64,000 nucleotides of DNA from Takakia lepidozioides (lineage: Eukaryota > Plantae > Bryophyta), in NCBI GenBank assembly GCA_030704615.1, contig CM060733.1, positions 15,872,001 to 15,936,000 on the forward strand, read 5' to 3'. The translations under genes were made by a program, and so were the position numbers. The notes beneath the pieces were generated by a model. The model was given only the letters and a program-made list of their open reading frames with translations. It was not told the DNA's origin and searched no databases. Below are positions 25,974-39,200 of this stretch, one piece after another (position 1 is the stretch's first letter; each line of letters begins with the position of its first letter).

Positions 25974-27286
25974 ACAGAAAAAATGGCTAGGGAGGCAGTG
26001 CCCCACATCTCTTTCTGGTCAAGATGTAGTGGCATATGTGGCAAGTGGAATGATGCAAATGAAGAATTTGTCAGCATGGAGCTTTGCAGTGGTTACAGTT
26101 AAATCAGCCTTTGTCCAATCAAATCAAAGGGTCTTCGGGTGTAAAACCCCTCGCGCAACTCCAGTAAGAGCTACGCACTCCTAGAAAGCCCTGGATGCAA
26201 TCTGGTAGCAGTTTTAAAAGAAGCGGCTAACTTATTTTGGAAAGTCGTTCTAGTGAGATGAAATTGAACGTTGCCTCTAAAAGTCTCCAGGGGCTAGAAG
26301 CTTAGGGCGCAAAGCATTTATCCAACTATTTCATCAGGAACTCTACTTGGAAGTGAACCTCACAGCAACGAGGCATACCAGGTGTTTTCTTGTTGGATGT
26401 TTCAATTTTGACAAGCTGTAGAGGTACTCCTGTGGGCCTGTCAGTGATGTACAGTTTTGACTTGTTTAAGTGGAGGATTAAGCAAGGAAGAATGCTGCTA
26501 GGTGACAGGAAAAATTCGGGAAGCTTAAACCTTGTTTGAGTTGATTGAATTATGTAAGGTTGTTAGAGCCATTCTCGGTACGCAGATTGATGTGACTGAG
26601 AGTTTGGAATTCCGAGGCCCATAACAGCTAAACCACAAACTTAGATCCAGAATGTATCCTCTTGTCTTCAGAAACTTTCCGTGGGCTAATTTTGCATGGA
26701 AGTTTTATAGGCAAACTTTCCGATAGCCGAATACTAACACTCTGACATGCCAACCTCTGTAAATTTTGAATGTGTTGCAGTACCATTCAATAATGTATAT
26801 TGTTACCTGCATGGCTTGGAACACATGCAAAAGCACCCCAATCTGAACAGCTGTGCCAGCATACACATCAATGACTGAAAGATAATTGATTGGTGCTATA
26901 GCTCTGGGCCTGAAAAAGGACTCATCCTCACCATGAGGTAGACTAGTTACAATAAAAGCTACCCCACAGACCACTTTTGATGGAGGATTATTTTGTGTCT
27001 CCAACTGGTGGTATACTGCATAATAGTATCCAGGGATATGGCCTTCTCACAGATTGAAACTAATGATCAAAACCTTTCTTTCACAATTGACTGGTACACT
27101 TAGTTGATGGAAAGATGTCGAGGAGGACAAGAAAAGCGCTATGGCAGCACCAATCTCTAGGGGTTCTGACAATATTGTTAACATAAATCACCTACCTCTT
27201 AGCAGCAATCAACCTGTCTGAGGATACTTCAATACCACCCCAACACGGCAATGAAACTATATCCTAGCAGCTAACTATCAATCTCC

Positions 27287-30200
27287 CTATGCAGGAACAT
27301 TGTATGTTGGCAAGTCCTTGCTGTTGAACAGAATGAATTGCAGGAGATTATGTTTGATGGAGCTGGTAGCCTCCTGCACTAAGGCAGTCTCTGCATCTGT
27401 GAGTTCACCTTTCCGATAATTACTGAGAAATGCTATCAAGCTTTTCACTTGGTATTTATCAACTGCAGTTGTTACCAACTGACATAAAAGGTCAGTCAAG
27501 GGCTCAAACTTGTCGTGGAAAATGAGTTCAAACAATGGGTCGAACAGAAACTTCGAAAGGTCCTCAATCTCTCCCTTCGTGTATCTGAAACATGGCCAAC
27601 TAATTCAGAAGGCAAGAGACTGACAGAGGCTCAAGAAAGCCACAAATAGAGATCAATGGGTTGGCTTTAAACTGGACATAAGATGTTACGTAGAGTCCCC
27701 AATATGTTTAAAGATCTTTGATGCCATCACTCTATAAACATTAAATGCATCCAAATGAATACAGTAAGAAGATAAGCCTGATGGTGAGGTAGCCGGGGCA
27801 GATTGTGAAGTAAAACAGGAGTCTTGCCACTCTCCCTCAAGAGGCAAAGAAAGAGATAAGATGTACCTTCTGACAAGGTCATTGAGCGCTGACTCCTGAA
27901 GCCCACATAGTTGTGACAATTTCCAGCCTTCAATTCTGTCATTTCCACAATAAACAATGCGACCCACGACACCTGACGGCAACACATCCACTCTGCAGTA
28001 CCTGTTCTCAAACAAGGTTGAATAGCTCTTAATTTTGTTTTCAGCCTTCATCCACCAGCCTGGTGAAGTTACAGATATAAACTGCAAGTTGCCAGGTAGA
28101 AGTCCACCAGTGCATTTCGGTCGGGTAATTGGAGGAAGGAAGGGCCTTGGCCATGAATGCTCTGTAACAGGCTCCTCAGAAGGGGCAATGGAGCTTGGGC
28201 AGAGAACCCTTCCATCAGGGAGAAGAGGACGGGTAGCCAGCCTCATAATCGTTTCTGCAAGGGCCTTACCTGCTTCTTTTGAGCAGAATTTATCTAGCTT
28301 CGGCACTTTCTTACCACAGCGTACACAGGCTTCCCGTGGAAAAGATGGCACTGTCACTGGTTTGAAAATATCCGTCCACAATCACTCTGCCATCATAAAT
28401 AATGCCCACCTGACAAAACCAACAGTGTATTCTATGGATGAAACGCGTACGATTGGTGTCATCAATACGATTTAACCATTATAGACACTTCTGGATAGGA
28501 CATCCATCACTAAACTAATACCTTATTAGATATCAGTCAAAAAAACCTTTCAAGTTCAAGACAGCAGGGGAGGGGAATTTAAGTGCAATGTTGACAACCT
28601 TGTTTATGGCATGAAAAAGATCTAGGTCAACATGTCTTTCACCGCATGTGACGAGCAATGAGCATTGTTGCTTCAGTTTCCGTGGGACATCCTCTTGTTC
28701 ATCTGCAATGCAGCGCTATAATCATGAATGGACAGTAGTATTGGTCAGAAATGCACCATGGAAAATCATCTATCCCCTGCCTTCCCCTCTGTCTACTCTT
28801 TTTCTTTCTGTGGTTCACCTGTGCCCCTCGGAGGGTATCTATGTACCTAGTAATTTTCTTCTCTATTTATATGGACATATTCGACCCTTGCCATCATCTA
28901 CTGAGTGGAGGATTAAGGCTTTTGAGTGCCTCTACTACAGATTGTTTAATGATAAGCAAAATGGCTGTGAAATGCACCTGCACTCTCCTCGGTTGATGCT
29001 TCCTCTGGATCTTCATCTGGCAGTGGTTCTTCACACTCGTCCGCAAATCTCACGCTCCCTATTTCCAATCCCCTAGTATTCAGAATATCGGTTTCTTGCT
29101 GCAGTGTAATTCCAAAATAATCCCAGCCACAAACAGTCCTCTCTCCTTTGGAGATCTCGTTTGGAAGCTTTACATTGCTCCCATGGACCATTTCAGGCCT
29201 GCATGGATGTAAAAACTTCCTCTTCCTTAGCTTCCAGTGGACATAATAAATATTTTGGTTTTTCCCTCTGTGTCACACTCTTAGGTTTTCAACACTTGGG
29301 CCCTTGTAAAGAATCAACATGCAAAAGGAAAATTCACTCATGAGGGGCAAGATTCAAATTAAATGTCATAAGGCATGCGCAGCAGGACAACTGCCGCTAC
29401 CTCAATATCTCCATCCAGCATCAATTCTTTTGCACAGGTTCTTGCATGTCAGGCTCTCAATTTAGTTCACACAGTTTGCCAATCTGTGACATCTATGATG
29501 CAGCGCCATTCACAACACAGGCAGATTTGGCAGATTCTCTCTCAGGCATTCTGCCTTCCTGCCATGGTTGAGTCCTTGGTTCTGTGGTTGTACAGATCCT
29601 TGCTGTTCTAAGTGCCCATCGGGCCTCCTGTGGGCATAATAAATGTCTTTCTGTCCTTCTTTGTTTCCTTCTGTGTCTTTTGGGCCTCCTGTGGACATAC
29701 TAAATCTTGGTATGCTCGGGTGTCCAACTTTTTTGAGTGCAATGGACTCTCCAGTGTTTTCCTACTGCCACAAAACATGGGGCGGTGGATATTTTCGTCC
29801 AATTGGACTGCAATAGATACATCAGAAGAGAACTTATGGAACTGCATATCAGGTGGACATGGAAACCAGCCACTCTGACAACTCCGCAAGTGTATCGGGA
29901 GATATTCTTGGTTCTCCGTGCCGATAGGATCTTGCAGCCTAATTACCTGTCTGCAGCCCTTTCTCCCTCTCATCTAGGGCATTGGGGAGGTTCAGAATGG
30001 GCTCCACAGTCTGCGGATAGAGACTGGTAGGTGGGAAAACCTGCAACATGACAGACTAAGCCCCACTTGTGCTGGGCACTACAGGGAAAGTGAAGAACAT
30101 TTCGTCTTTCACTCCCCTTTACACTATGAAATATGTGGGAGATTCCTGTCAATTCCGGGATGACCAATCTCTTGCGGTATTCTTCCATTATGAGGATCAG

Positions 30201-33200
30201 AAATGCTTGGCAGCTTACCTGTATGAAGTGCTGACTGTTAAACAGGATTGAGCTTTAGCTGCATTTGGCCTGTTTGTGGCCCCTCTCTCTTTGTGGTTTC
30301 TTTCTTCCTCTTATTACGACATTGAATTTCTTTTTCTTCATCTTCATCTCTGGAACTTTTGGTAGATCAGCAGGCGCTCTTGAAGAGTTTCAGGATCCAA
30401 GTAACATCTCTCTCAATGAAGAATGACAAACTGCATTCAATTGTAGATAAACAAGGATATTCACCTTTGTTCTCCCTGGTTGTCGCTTCCTTGAGACCTT
30501 CATCCAGTTGTGTCTCCATCTCTGTCCACAGTTACTCAAATGTCAGGCCTCAACATTCCAGGATGTGATTGCCACTACTTTTCACAGTGAATTTCATATC
30601 CCAAAACAAACAGACAAAAACACTGTGAATTTGAAGGCAACTAACCTTTTGTTCCTCATCTCCCTTGAATCCACTCATAAGCTATAAAGAAAGCACTCTT
30701 AGAGCTGTTCTTGTATCCTGCTTCCTTCGTCCCATAAGCTCTTTGAGCTTCCCATGGACATTATGAAGTTACTTTCTTTTGCTCTTTGAACTTCCCGTGG
30801 ACGTTAGAAAGTACCATTTCATTGCATGAGGTATACTGTCAACTTGAGTAATTCTTTGGTTTTGTTTTGTCATGTGCTCCTTGGTTGATCTACTTCTGTC
30901 CCTTTACCCCATTGGACCTACCCTGGACTGTATTCTGTTCTGTCTCTCTCTTCTTTGGAAGTCATAAAGTACCATTTCATTTCATTTCATTTCATATTCT
31001 CTCTTCTGAGGGAATTGGGGCGATTCAGGGTGGGCTCCCACAATATACGGATATAAGCAGGTACATGGGAAACCTTGCAATGTGAAGACCGCCTATGCCC
31101 ATCATGCACTGGGCCCAACTGTTGTATCGAAACTGAAGAACACTTCTTCTTTACTGCCCTCTTTACTACGTGATCCGTGGGAGATTCCACTTTCTGCGGA
31201 CATTATAAATTACCATTTCATTTCATTTCTCTCTGCCAGCCTTCAGCATACGTCATAAAATTACTTGTCTCATTTCTTGAGCAGTCAATTTCAAAACCCA
31301 AAAAAGGGTTGTTTCTAGATACACGTTGTATCATGTAGTCTTGTCCTACCCTCATTAACAATAACAAAGAAATATCTTCTGTTGCTCTCACTTACTGCCT
31401 ATTCCTGCTCCATCTTCTTTCAAAACAGGTCATCAGTTGTCAACTTCCCTTTAGCTTCAGTGATGGATGCTACTTCTGAACAGTGTGTGTGAGTATGTCA
31501 ACTGAAGTGGATGCAAGTTTTTCAAGGGCTAGCTTCTAAATGGATTTTGACAGGATTCATTCTTATCCCTGTCAAAGAAGCAGCAGACAGCAATTGAATG
31601 TACCTTTGCTACCCTTTGCGGCTCCATCCTTTGGAGGTTCATCAGCATCTCCACCTGTGGAGACTTTGTCTGAGGTAGCATCCTCAACAACTTTATCCTT
31701 CGGAGGTTCATCAGTGGCTGCACCCTTGGTCACTTCATCTGAGGCAGCATCCTCACAAGGTTTATCCAAGGCTTCATCTTCATCAGTGGCTACACTCTCA
31801 GAGACTTTATCTAAGGCAGCATCGTCGAGAGATTTATCCAAGGCTGTCTCCATGGAAAGTTGAGCTGAGGAATCAACTTTGGATGATTCATCTGAGGATA
31901 TTTCCTCACAGAGGTCATCAAATGTCAGGCTCTCAATCCATGTGCGTAATTTGTTCATGTGAATGGAAACCAACTTCTTACCACGTACTACTTTCACGCC
32001 TCTGCATTTCAGCTCGTTTAGCACGAGGTTTGCAACAGTGAGGTCTTTGAAGCAAACAGCCTCAAGCTGCTCCAACGGATGCAACTCTGGGTAGATTAAC
32101 ATCAAATCAGACCCCTCCCACCCTTCGGAGAGAAGCATATGTAGTGCCATAAAAGCTTCCAAGGTGGAACCATAAACCACCACTGGAGTCATGACAGCCG
32201 CTACAACATGTGCAGCAATACCTGCCACACAATTTTGCTACAGGTGAATAGTATTCATACATAAAGGTCCAGAGACTGAAATACTGTGAGACCAGAAAAG
32301 AAATGTCATAATACACTGCAATCTAGCATGAGTTGCTGTACCCATCCTCAGCATAAATGGGCTATCCATTTGTTGTCTCTTTAGAGTGTTGTGTAGTAAC
32401 AGATCTCTTGAAAGTATTTTTCTACCAAGTTCTCTTTTTTGGACACCTTCCATCCTTGGGGACCTTATAAAGTTCCTTTCAAGACCACCTTTGCCCCACT
32501 TGCGGTGGAAACTACAGGGAAATCGAAAGTGAAGAACATTTCTTCTTCTTCTTTCACTGCCATTTACACTTCGCGGACATTATAAAGGACCATTCATTTC
32601 ATGTCATTTCCTTGCCATGGCTCCCTCTTCAAACATGTTATGGAAGCTTGCTTATGGGCAGAAATTGCACTCTGATTCAATAAAAAATCCTCAGTGGGAC
32701 CTTGATTTGGTTCAACAGAAGAGCAAGATGGTCCAAGAGAAGAACCAAAAACATATATTTCCACAATCTGATGTACTAATAAGTTCATGCCTAAAACTTC
32801 CCTGAGACAGAATGCCTCATATCAAACAGATGCAACAACACAGTATATCAAGTAATATATAGCTGAACTTTGGTCATTGTGTCCATAAAGACTGTGGGAC
32901 AAAAATTGGCAGACAGCATAAAACTGAAATGCACAACAAAGCCCAAGTCCCTGCCAGGCAGTGCCTCTCCAGTAGATGCACAACAATGTACATCACGAAA
33001 AATGCTTATGGATTTTGAAGAGTCCAGTAAGAGCTGGAATGGGAGCCTATTAACCAAAACAGCAGATAGCCAAAACTCAAACTATTTATACAGCAACAAT
33101 GAAGCCTGAGTCCCTAAAAGGGAGTGTAATTACAGGAAATACCAAACACTGCACTCAGTATACAGGGTGATATATCTGAACTTTTGCACTAATCAAGGCC

Positions 33201-36200
33201 TCCAGAAAGAGCCTGACAAATTATGGACCAAAAGAGGCAGATAGTACAAAACCGAAACCACTCATACTCCACAATGGAGCAGTGAGGATTCAAAATGAAA
33301 ATTGGGGAAGCTGACAAAATGTTAAAACATAGATGAGCTGATACACTTACATGTCAGGGGGAAAGGACTTTCATAACATTCTAGCATGAGAGAATAAAGC
33401 CTACTTGGAAGACTCGTGAGGCCACCAACCTGCAGAAATCTCAAGCTTGTGCGCAGCAAACTCGTCAGGTTTGACCACTCCAGTCATTTTACCACATCGC
33501 CTATATTTTCTAAGCTTGTGTCTGGTTTGATCTTGCAGGCCGGTAGCTAGAACCAACCAATCGAATGGTATCTCTTTGCCATCTAATAGAACAACTTTGT
33601 GCCCTTCGCGATCAATGCCCACAACATTTCCCACAACAAGATTCACTTGACAATCCAGCCCTAGCTTGGGAAAGGAATCAGCCGGGCCTGGGTCAATATC
33701 CAGTGGTGAGGAGGAAGCAGAGCGAAGACCATGATACCCAGTGGAAGAGATCAATGTGAGATTAATGAACTGCATTTTGGAGCTCAGAATTAGTGTATGA
33801 AGAAAAGAGGCCCCTGCTCGAGAGGCCCCCACTACGACAATCCTGGAATTGACTACTGCCCGAGGATGGCAGACAAGTCTGTGACTAGTCAGGAAGAGTG
33901 CACATTCAAAACCATGATATTCACCCCTTGAAAAATGCTCCAAGCTGTTATCCGCCAAAGGATCCCTGACAGTGCTCTCAACAACATTTTCATCGCCAGC
34001 TTGGACACTTTCTTGAATGGTTGGCATCCCACTGGCTGGCTGCTGGCTGGATAGAACTGGGTTGATTGGGGTCAATGGGCGAGTGCCCACACTCTGAGGT
34101 TTCCCGGTTGTGCTTTCCACTGGGGTGCTTTCTGCAATACTTACAAGCTCAATTTTGCCATGGACCATGCTTGCCTGCTTAGCCTCTAGAGTGGGGTTTC
34201 CCTCAACACTTTCCAGATTAGGATCCGGAAGAATGATGCCCTCAATGCTCCCTGGTTTAAGTCCATCAGGGTAGGTTCCATCAGTGCTTCCCAACTTAGG
34301 GTCTTGAAGGGTGCTTTCCTCCACACTTGTGGGATTAGTATCCCCAGGAGGGTTTCTCTCAAGGCTTGCCAATAGAGGTTCTGCAGGGGTGCTTCCCTCA
34401 TTGTTCATTGGCTTAGATTCAACAGGGGTGCTACCTGAACCGCTTGTTTGATTACTTTCTGGTGTGCTTACTTCCTTGGGTTCCACCAGAGCAGTCACCT
34501 CAACACTTTCTGGTTTTGGTTCCACAGCAGTGACTCCCTCAATGGTTGCTGGTTTGGATTCTGCAGGGGTGCTTCCATCAATGCTTGTTGGCTTAGGTTC
34601 ACCAGCAGTGCTTGCCAACATGCCTTCATTTGCAGCATCCGAGCTAGACCTTTTTTCGCTGATGACGGCTTTTCCCCACATGCGTGCAGGTGCAACATGG
34701 GACTGCTGCCGGCCGGCAACAAGCATCAAGTCCTCCACAACTTCTGGCAACTCCTGGTTTGGGAAAACTGGACAGTACAACACTGTTTTCCCCATCTCTC
34801 GCATAATTTCTCTCAGAAAGAACCGGCTATGACCCCTGTAAATGGGGTTCAACACATAAAGGATGATTACAGCGTGATTTTCACCTGGATGGTGCTTCAT
34901 ATGCAAGAGGGAGTCAAGGTCAAAGTGGCTTCCCAAATGCTCCAAGGGAACCCTCTCTACAACCATCGCAAACCCCACAATCTGGATCCCCAGAACGGCA
35001 ACTAGGGTCACACCTGCAGGTTCCTCAAGCCTATAAGAGTCGAGGCAAAAGTTTCTCTCATTTGGAAATTAGGTGTGGTGGTAAACAGTAATAAGGCAGG
35101 CTTCAAACACAGCTGCGATTTTGAGCCCACTGATACCCAACCAGAAACAAGTCACGCTGGACTGAATGCTCACACCATTTATGCTGGGAGTTTGATTCTA
35201 CAGTTAAGGGGAGATGACTTCATTTGACCTTTCTTATCTCTCAGAGAAAACCCTGGAAACCAAGTCCACAAAGATTGCTCGCTGCCTATGAGATAAAAAC
35301 AAAAATGATAAAAACTGTGGTCCTTCGCGTAAAGCTCCAATTGCCAGTTTAGCAAAAGAGATACCCTCTAGGAATAAAGCTCCTAGATTGTCAGGCACAA
35401 CGGACTTACAATTTGGAAATGGTCTCTTTATTAGTTCCACAATCATTGTTTGGTCAGGAAAAGCTTCCAGCAGCTCCGCCAGTCCATCTGCATCGAGTGA
35501 CTTTGAAGGCCGGACCTCAAAGCCCTGAACACCAGATTGAACCGTTAAAGCAAGTTAGGGAGCCCTTTTCTAACTTCTTCCCCCTTTCTATGCTACTTCA
35601 TGCACAAATAAATTTGGACATATGCTCTCCACCTCCTGGTTTTCCTACCCAGCTTGCCCAGTCTCACCAAAAGCATTTATCTAGAAAATTCACCTTGTCA
35701 ACTGCAGCTTCGAATAGTTTGTTCACATAACAAGATGGCATACCAATAAGGCTGTGCATGGACATGCATAAGTGGCTTCATATCATGCAAGCTTCCTCAA
35801 TCTGCAGGTTCTGTTCCACGGTGTGTAGAGAATCTTACTCAAAGAAAAAGTGCTCAAAAGCTACAATAAACATAGGAACTCTTAGGGCGCATATATTTCT
35901 TTTGAGAGCAAAACAACATTGCAACCCACTTAAGACAAGGGATGCGCGGCCAACGGCTCTAAAGCAAGAAAAGATGGCAGACCATATCACAGCAGATTGC
36001 CCACTTTTGCCAAAGGATCAAAACTAAGCAACAGTACTCGGACCATAGACAATAAGCTTCCGAAAGTTTTGGGGACAGCCTGTCATTACTCAACTGATTG
36101 CTACGCACCAGAGAGAGAGAATTTCGATGAAGCAGGTACATTGAAGTCATGTCTGAAAACAGTGGCTCATCGGATTTGACGTCAGGTGCAGGCCTGGATA

Positions 36201-39200
36201 GAATTCGTGTGAACAAGTGGAGCACGGGAAGGAACTGGGATGCATAAGGAAAAGCCACCATGCAGTAGTCTTTGTCCTCAAATTTCTGTACTTGGTAACC
36301 ATGGTGTTGAGTTCAGTGGTTGACTGTGGAAAAGAGCTTCAGTTCTTAAAACTTTGCACTCATTAAAGTTACCTAGAGTTTGCTTGCAACTCAGTGTCAG
36401 TGAAGGTACTCTATCCACACACTAATCATTTCATATCTAGCACAAATGTATCCAAATCTTAATGCAGAAGCTTTGTTTCTATGTCTAGGCATCTAGGTTG
36501 TTGATAAACCTTAGTATTCCAGTTATTCCTCAGTAGAGACACTTAGACCTCTTTGGTCTTTCAAGTTGAAGCATGGAAGGTGATTAGCCTGGACTAGGTT
36601 CAATCAGGGAATGGTCACCTTGAAAGCACCAATTAAAAGGTCAATGGCCCTGCTTTCATATTCCTCCTCTAGGCACAACATTCTGATGCAAAACAGGTTT
36701 GTTGCTTTCAATGACAATATCTCAGGCTCTTCCCGCTCCTCTTCTACCACAAACTCTGGCTCTAGCACTGTTGGGCCTGTAACATACAAGCTGGTAAGAT
36801 TTTTATACATTCATACTCTGGAGTTACTAAGATGACCTAATGACAAATGTTTTGTTTGCAATTAGATTACAATGGCTGAGATTTTAGAGAGCTTGAATGA
36901 CCCCTCTGGAGCCTTGATACTGTCTAGTAAATACACATCCAAGCAGTTGAGAAACACCCAAATCCCAGAGGTGCTGGTTCAGCAGCTGGAACCTCAGCTA
37001 GATTCACACCTGCTGGACTGGCACTTGGCGAGTCCTCTGATTCCTCTGCTGCTACATGTGCTTTGACTGAAGACTTCCTTTTGCTTTTCTTCTTGAGTTC
37101 CTGTAGCATAACAATGACATTTGACAAAAGCCTTGTGTGAGCTTGTGAGAAGAGACAAACTGAGAGGGTAGTTTTAAGAGCATCATTGACTGTCTTCTCC
37201 CGCATCCAAGTATTGCAGTATTATCAGCAACCAAGGAGAATACATGTTTCTGAGAAATTTATACCATCGGCACCAAGTTGTCAAAGAGATCCAGGTCGAA
37301 TTTCCCATTTAGAACAGCAATGTCCACATCAGCAGTGACAGATATCAAACCCACCAGCTTTCCCTCCGCCTGCAGTCCACGGTCTGAAGTCTGAACTTTC
37401 TTTTTTCGACGAGTCTCAGGGAACATCCATTACAATCAATCACATCTGATTAACCAATAAGAAATCAGCTGCAACTTGGGTGTAATTTTGTAACTCAGAT
37501 CAGTTTCTAGAGAATTTTTTCAGACTTCGACTGGATTTAGTCAGCAGCGGAATATATGGTGCATTCAGGGTACTTTGGTAAGAGATTAGCATAGAGAGCC
37601 TACCCACCCCTTGGTTGCGTTATGGTGAACAATTGTAGGGTGATTGAAAAATCAGATGTGTGCCCGAACAAGAGCTGTCACCATAAGGTGTGGTAATAAG
37701 AGCCAATGTCTACAACATCACACATGTCTCTGCATTGAAAGCAAATCATGAACATTCCAAAAACTAAGACGATTGCATGAATGAATGGTAGAGGATTTCT
37801 CTAAGCATCCTCCGATGAAGGCCATGGTTTGGACTGCAACAAAAGGAAAAATCTGTTAAGTAGATCCACTAACCTCCGCAACAAAGACTCTATTTTCGTG
37901 ATCTTGGGCAGCAATCAAACGAGCTACTGAATACGTGTATGTTGGGAAGGCCAATGATGGCACTTGTGTTAGTGGACGGCCCCTTTTCTGCGCCCGTTTT
38001 ATCATGGGACTTAGGTCGTCATAATTTTCTACCAATGCCGTCCTCACTTTCAAAGTTGGATGCACTGCGCTGTTTGCATTCAACCAAAATTCTTCAGAAA
38101 GAGCTTGGCAAAAGGCAGAAGAGAATGAAGGAAAAGTAAGAAGGGAAGTTATAACATTCAGAGGCAGGTGGGATAAGGACCCATAACAAACAAGGAAACA
38201 ACTAGTAAACCAGTTCTAGATTGATGCTCAAAGACACAAGGGAAAACGAAAGGCTCTGACATGCACCGTACGTTCTGCCTAACAATGCTTGAAGGGGTTG
38301 CCTTGTGCTTATCTGGTCTTCATTACTGAAGACCTCTGGCAAGGCTCACCAGCCACTGAAAAGACAGAAGTATCTACCCTACTCTTGGAGTACACTGGGC
38401 AGGAGCAAACAGTCAAGACAAAGGTGTTCCACCTCAAAGTGTTCGGCCTCATGTAGACTCCATGAGATAGAGTTAAGGAAATTTGAGAACCCACTAGACC
38501 CTCAAAGGGCCAAAGAGAGAGACACACCTGCGTTCACAAGCACATAGGGATACCCCCAGTTCCTCAGAGGAAGACATGTGCTTCAATAATTCTGGTAACA
38601 CTTTCGGCTCCAAATCACCTGAGATAATACACAATCAACTAAGTGTCAGCACAGTTCACTTTCCTTCATGAATCAGGCTCCTCTTATCCTAACCTAATTC
38701 TTCTGTAGTTGCCAGCTAAATAGTTTCACCTAAGAAGTTGGTTACTTTGACAAGTAGAAGGCACTCAGCCAGTACCTTTTATGTATGAGGATGAATGGCC
38801 ATGCATAGTACAGGCTCTCCTTGTGAATGATGGAAAGATACTAAAAAGGCAATTATGTGGTCACACATGCTTGGACTATTTTTCTCAATCAACACCAGGA
38901 AAAGACCAAGGCTGAGAAAAAGAATAGCAATCAAATCTAATGAGGGGCAGAATCGCAGTGTATTTACTTGTATGGAGGATCACTTGAGTGCTAGGGGAGA
39001 GAGAGAGAAGTTTGTGCAGCAATGCTATCAAATGAGCTTCTCTCTCTTCTGGCTTCTTATGCAGGGCTGCACACAACTTCAACCAGAGGAGGCTGTCATT
39101 CTGTCCTCCCATCCCCAATATCACATGATAATTAACTGACAGAGCCTCTTGGAAAATAAGAGAAACAACATAAACAAGACAGGTCAGTCATAATGTTTTC

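Noticed and set aside
35693-35810. Apparent CFAP61 exon with an in-frame TGA (NLQIEEACMI*)
   Set aside because: Exon 35410-35524 (GFEVRPSKSLDADGLAELL) fits both homology and splice phase, so this piece is intronic and not a second lesion.
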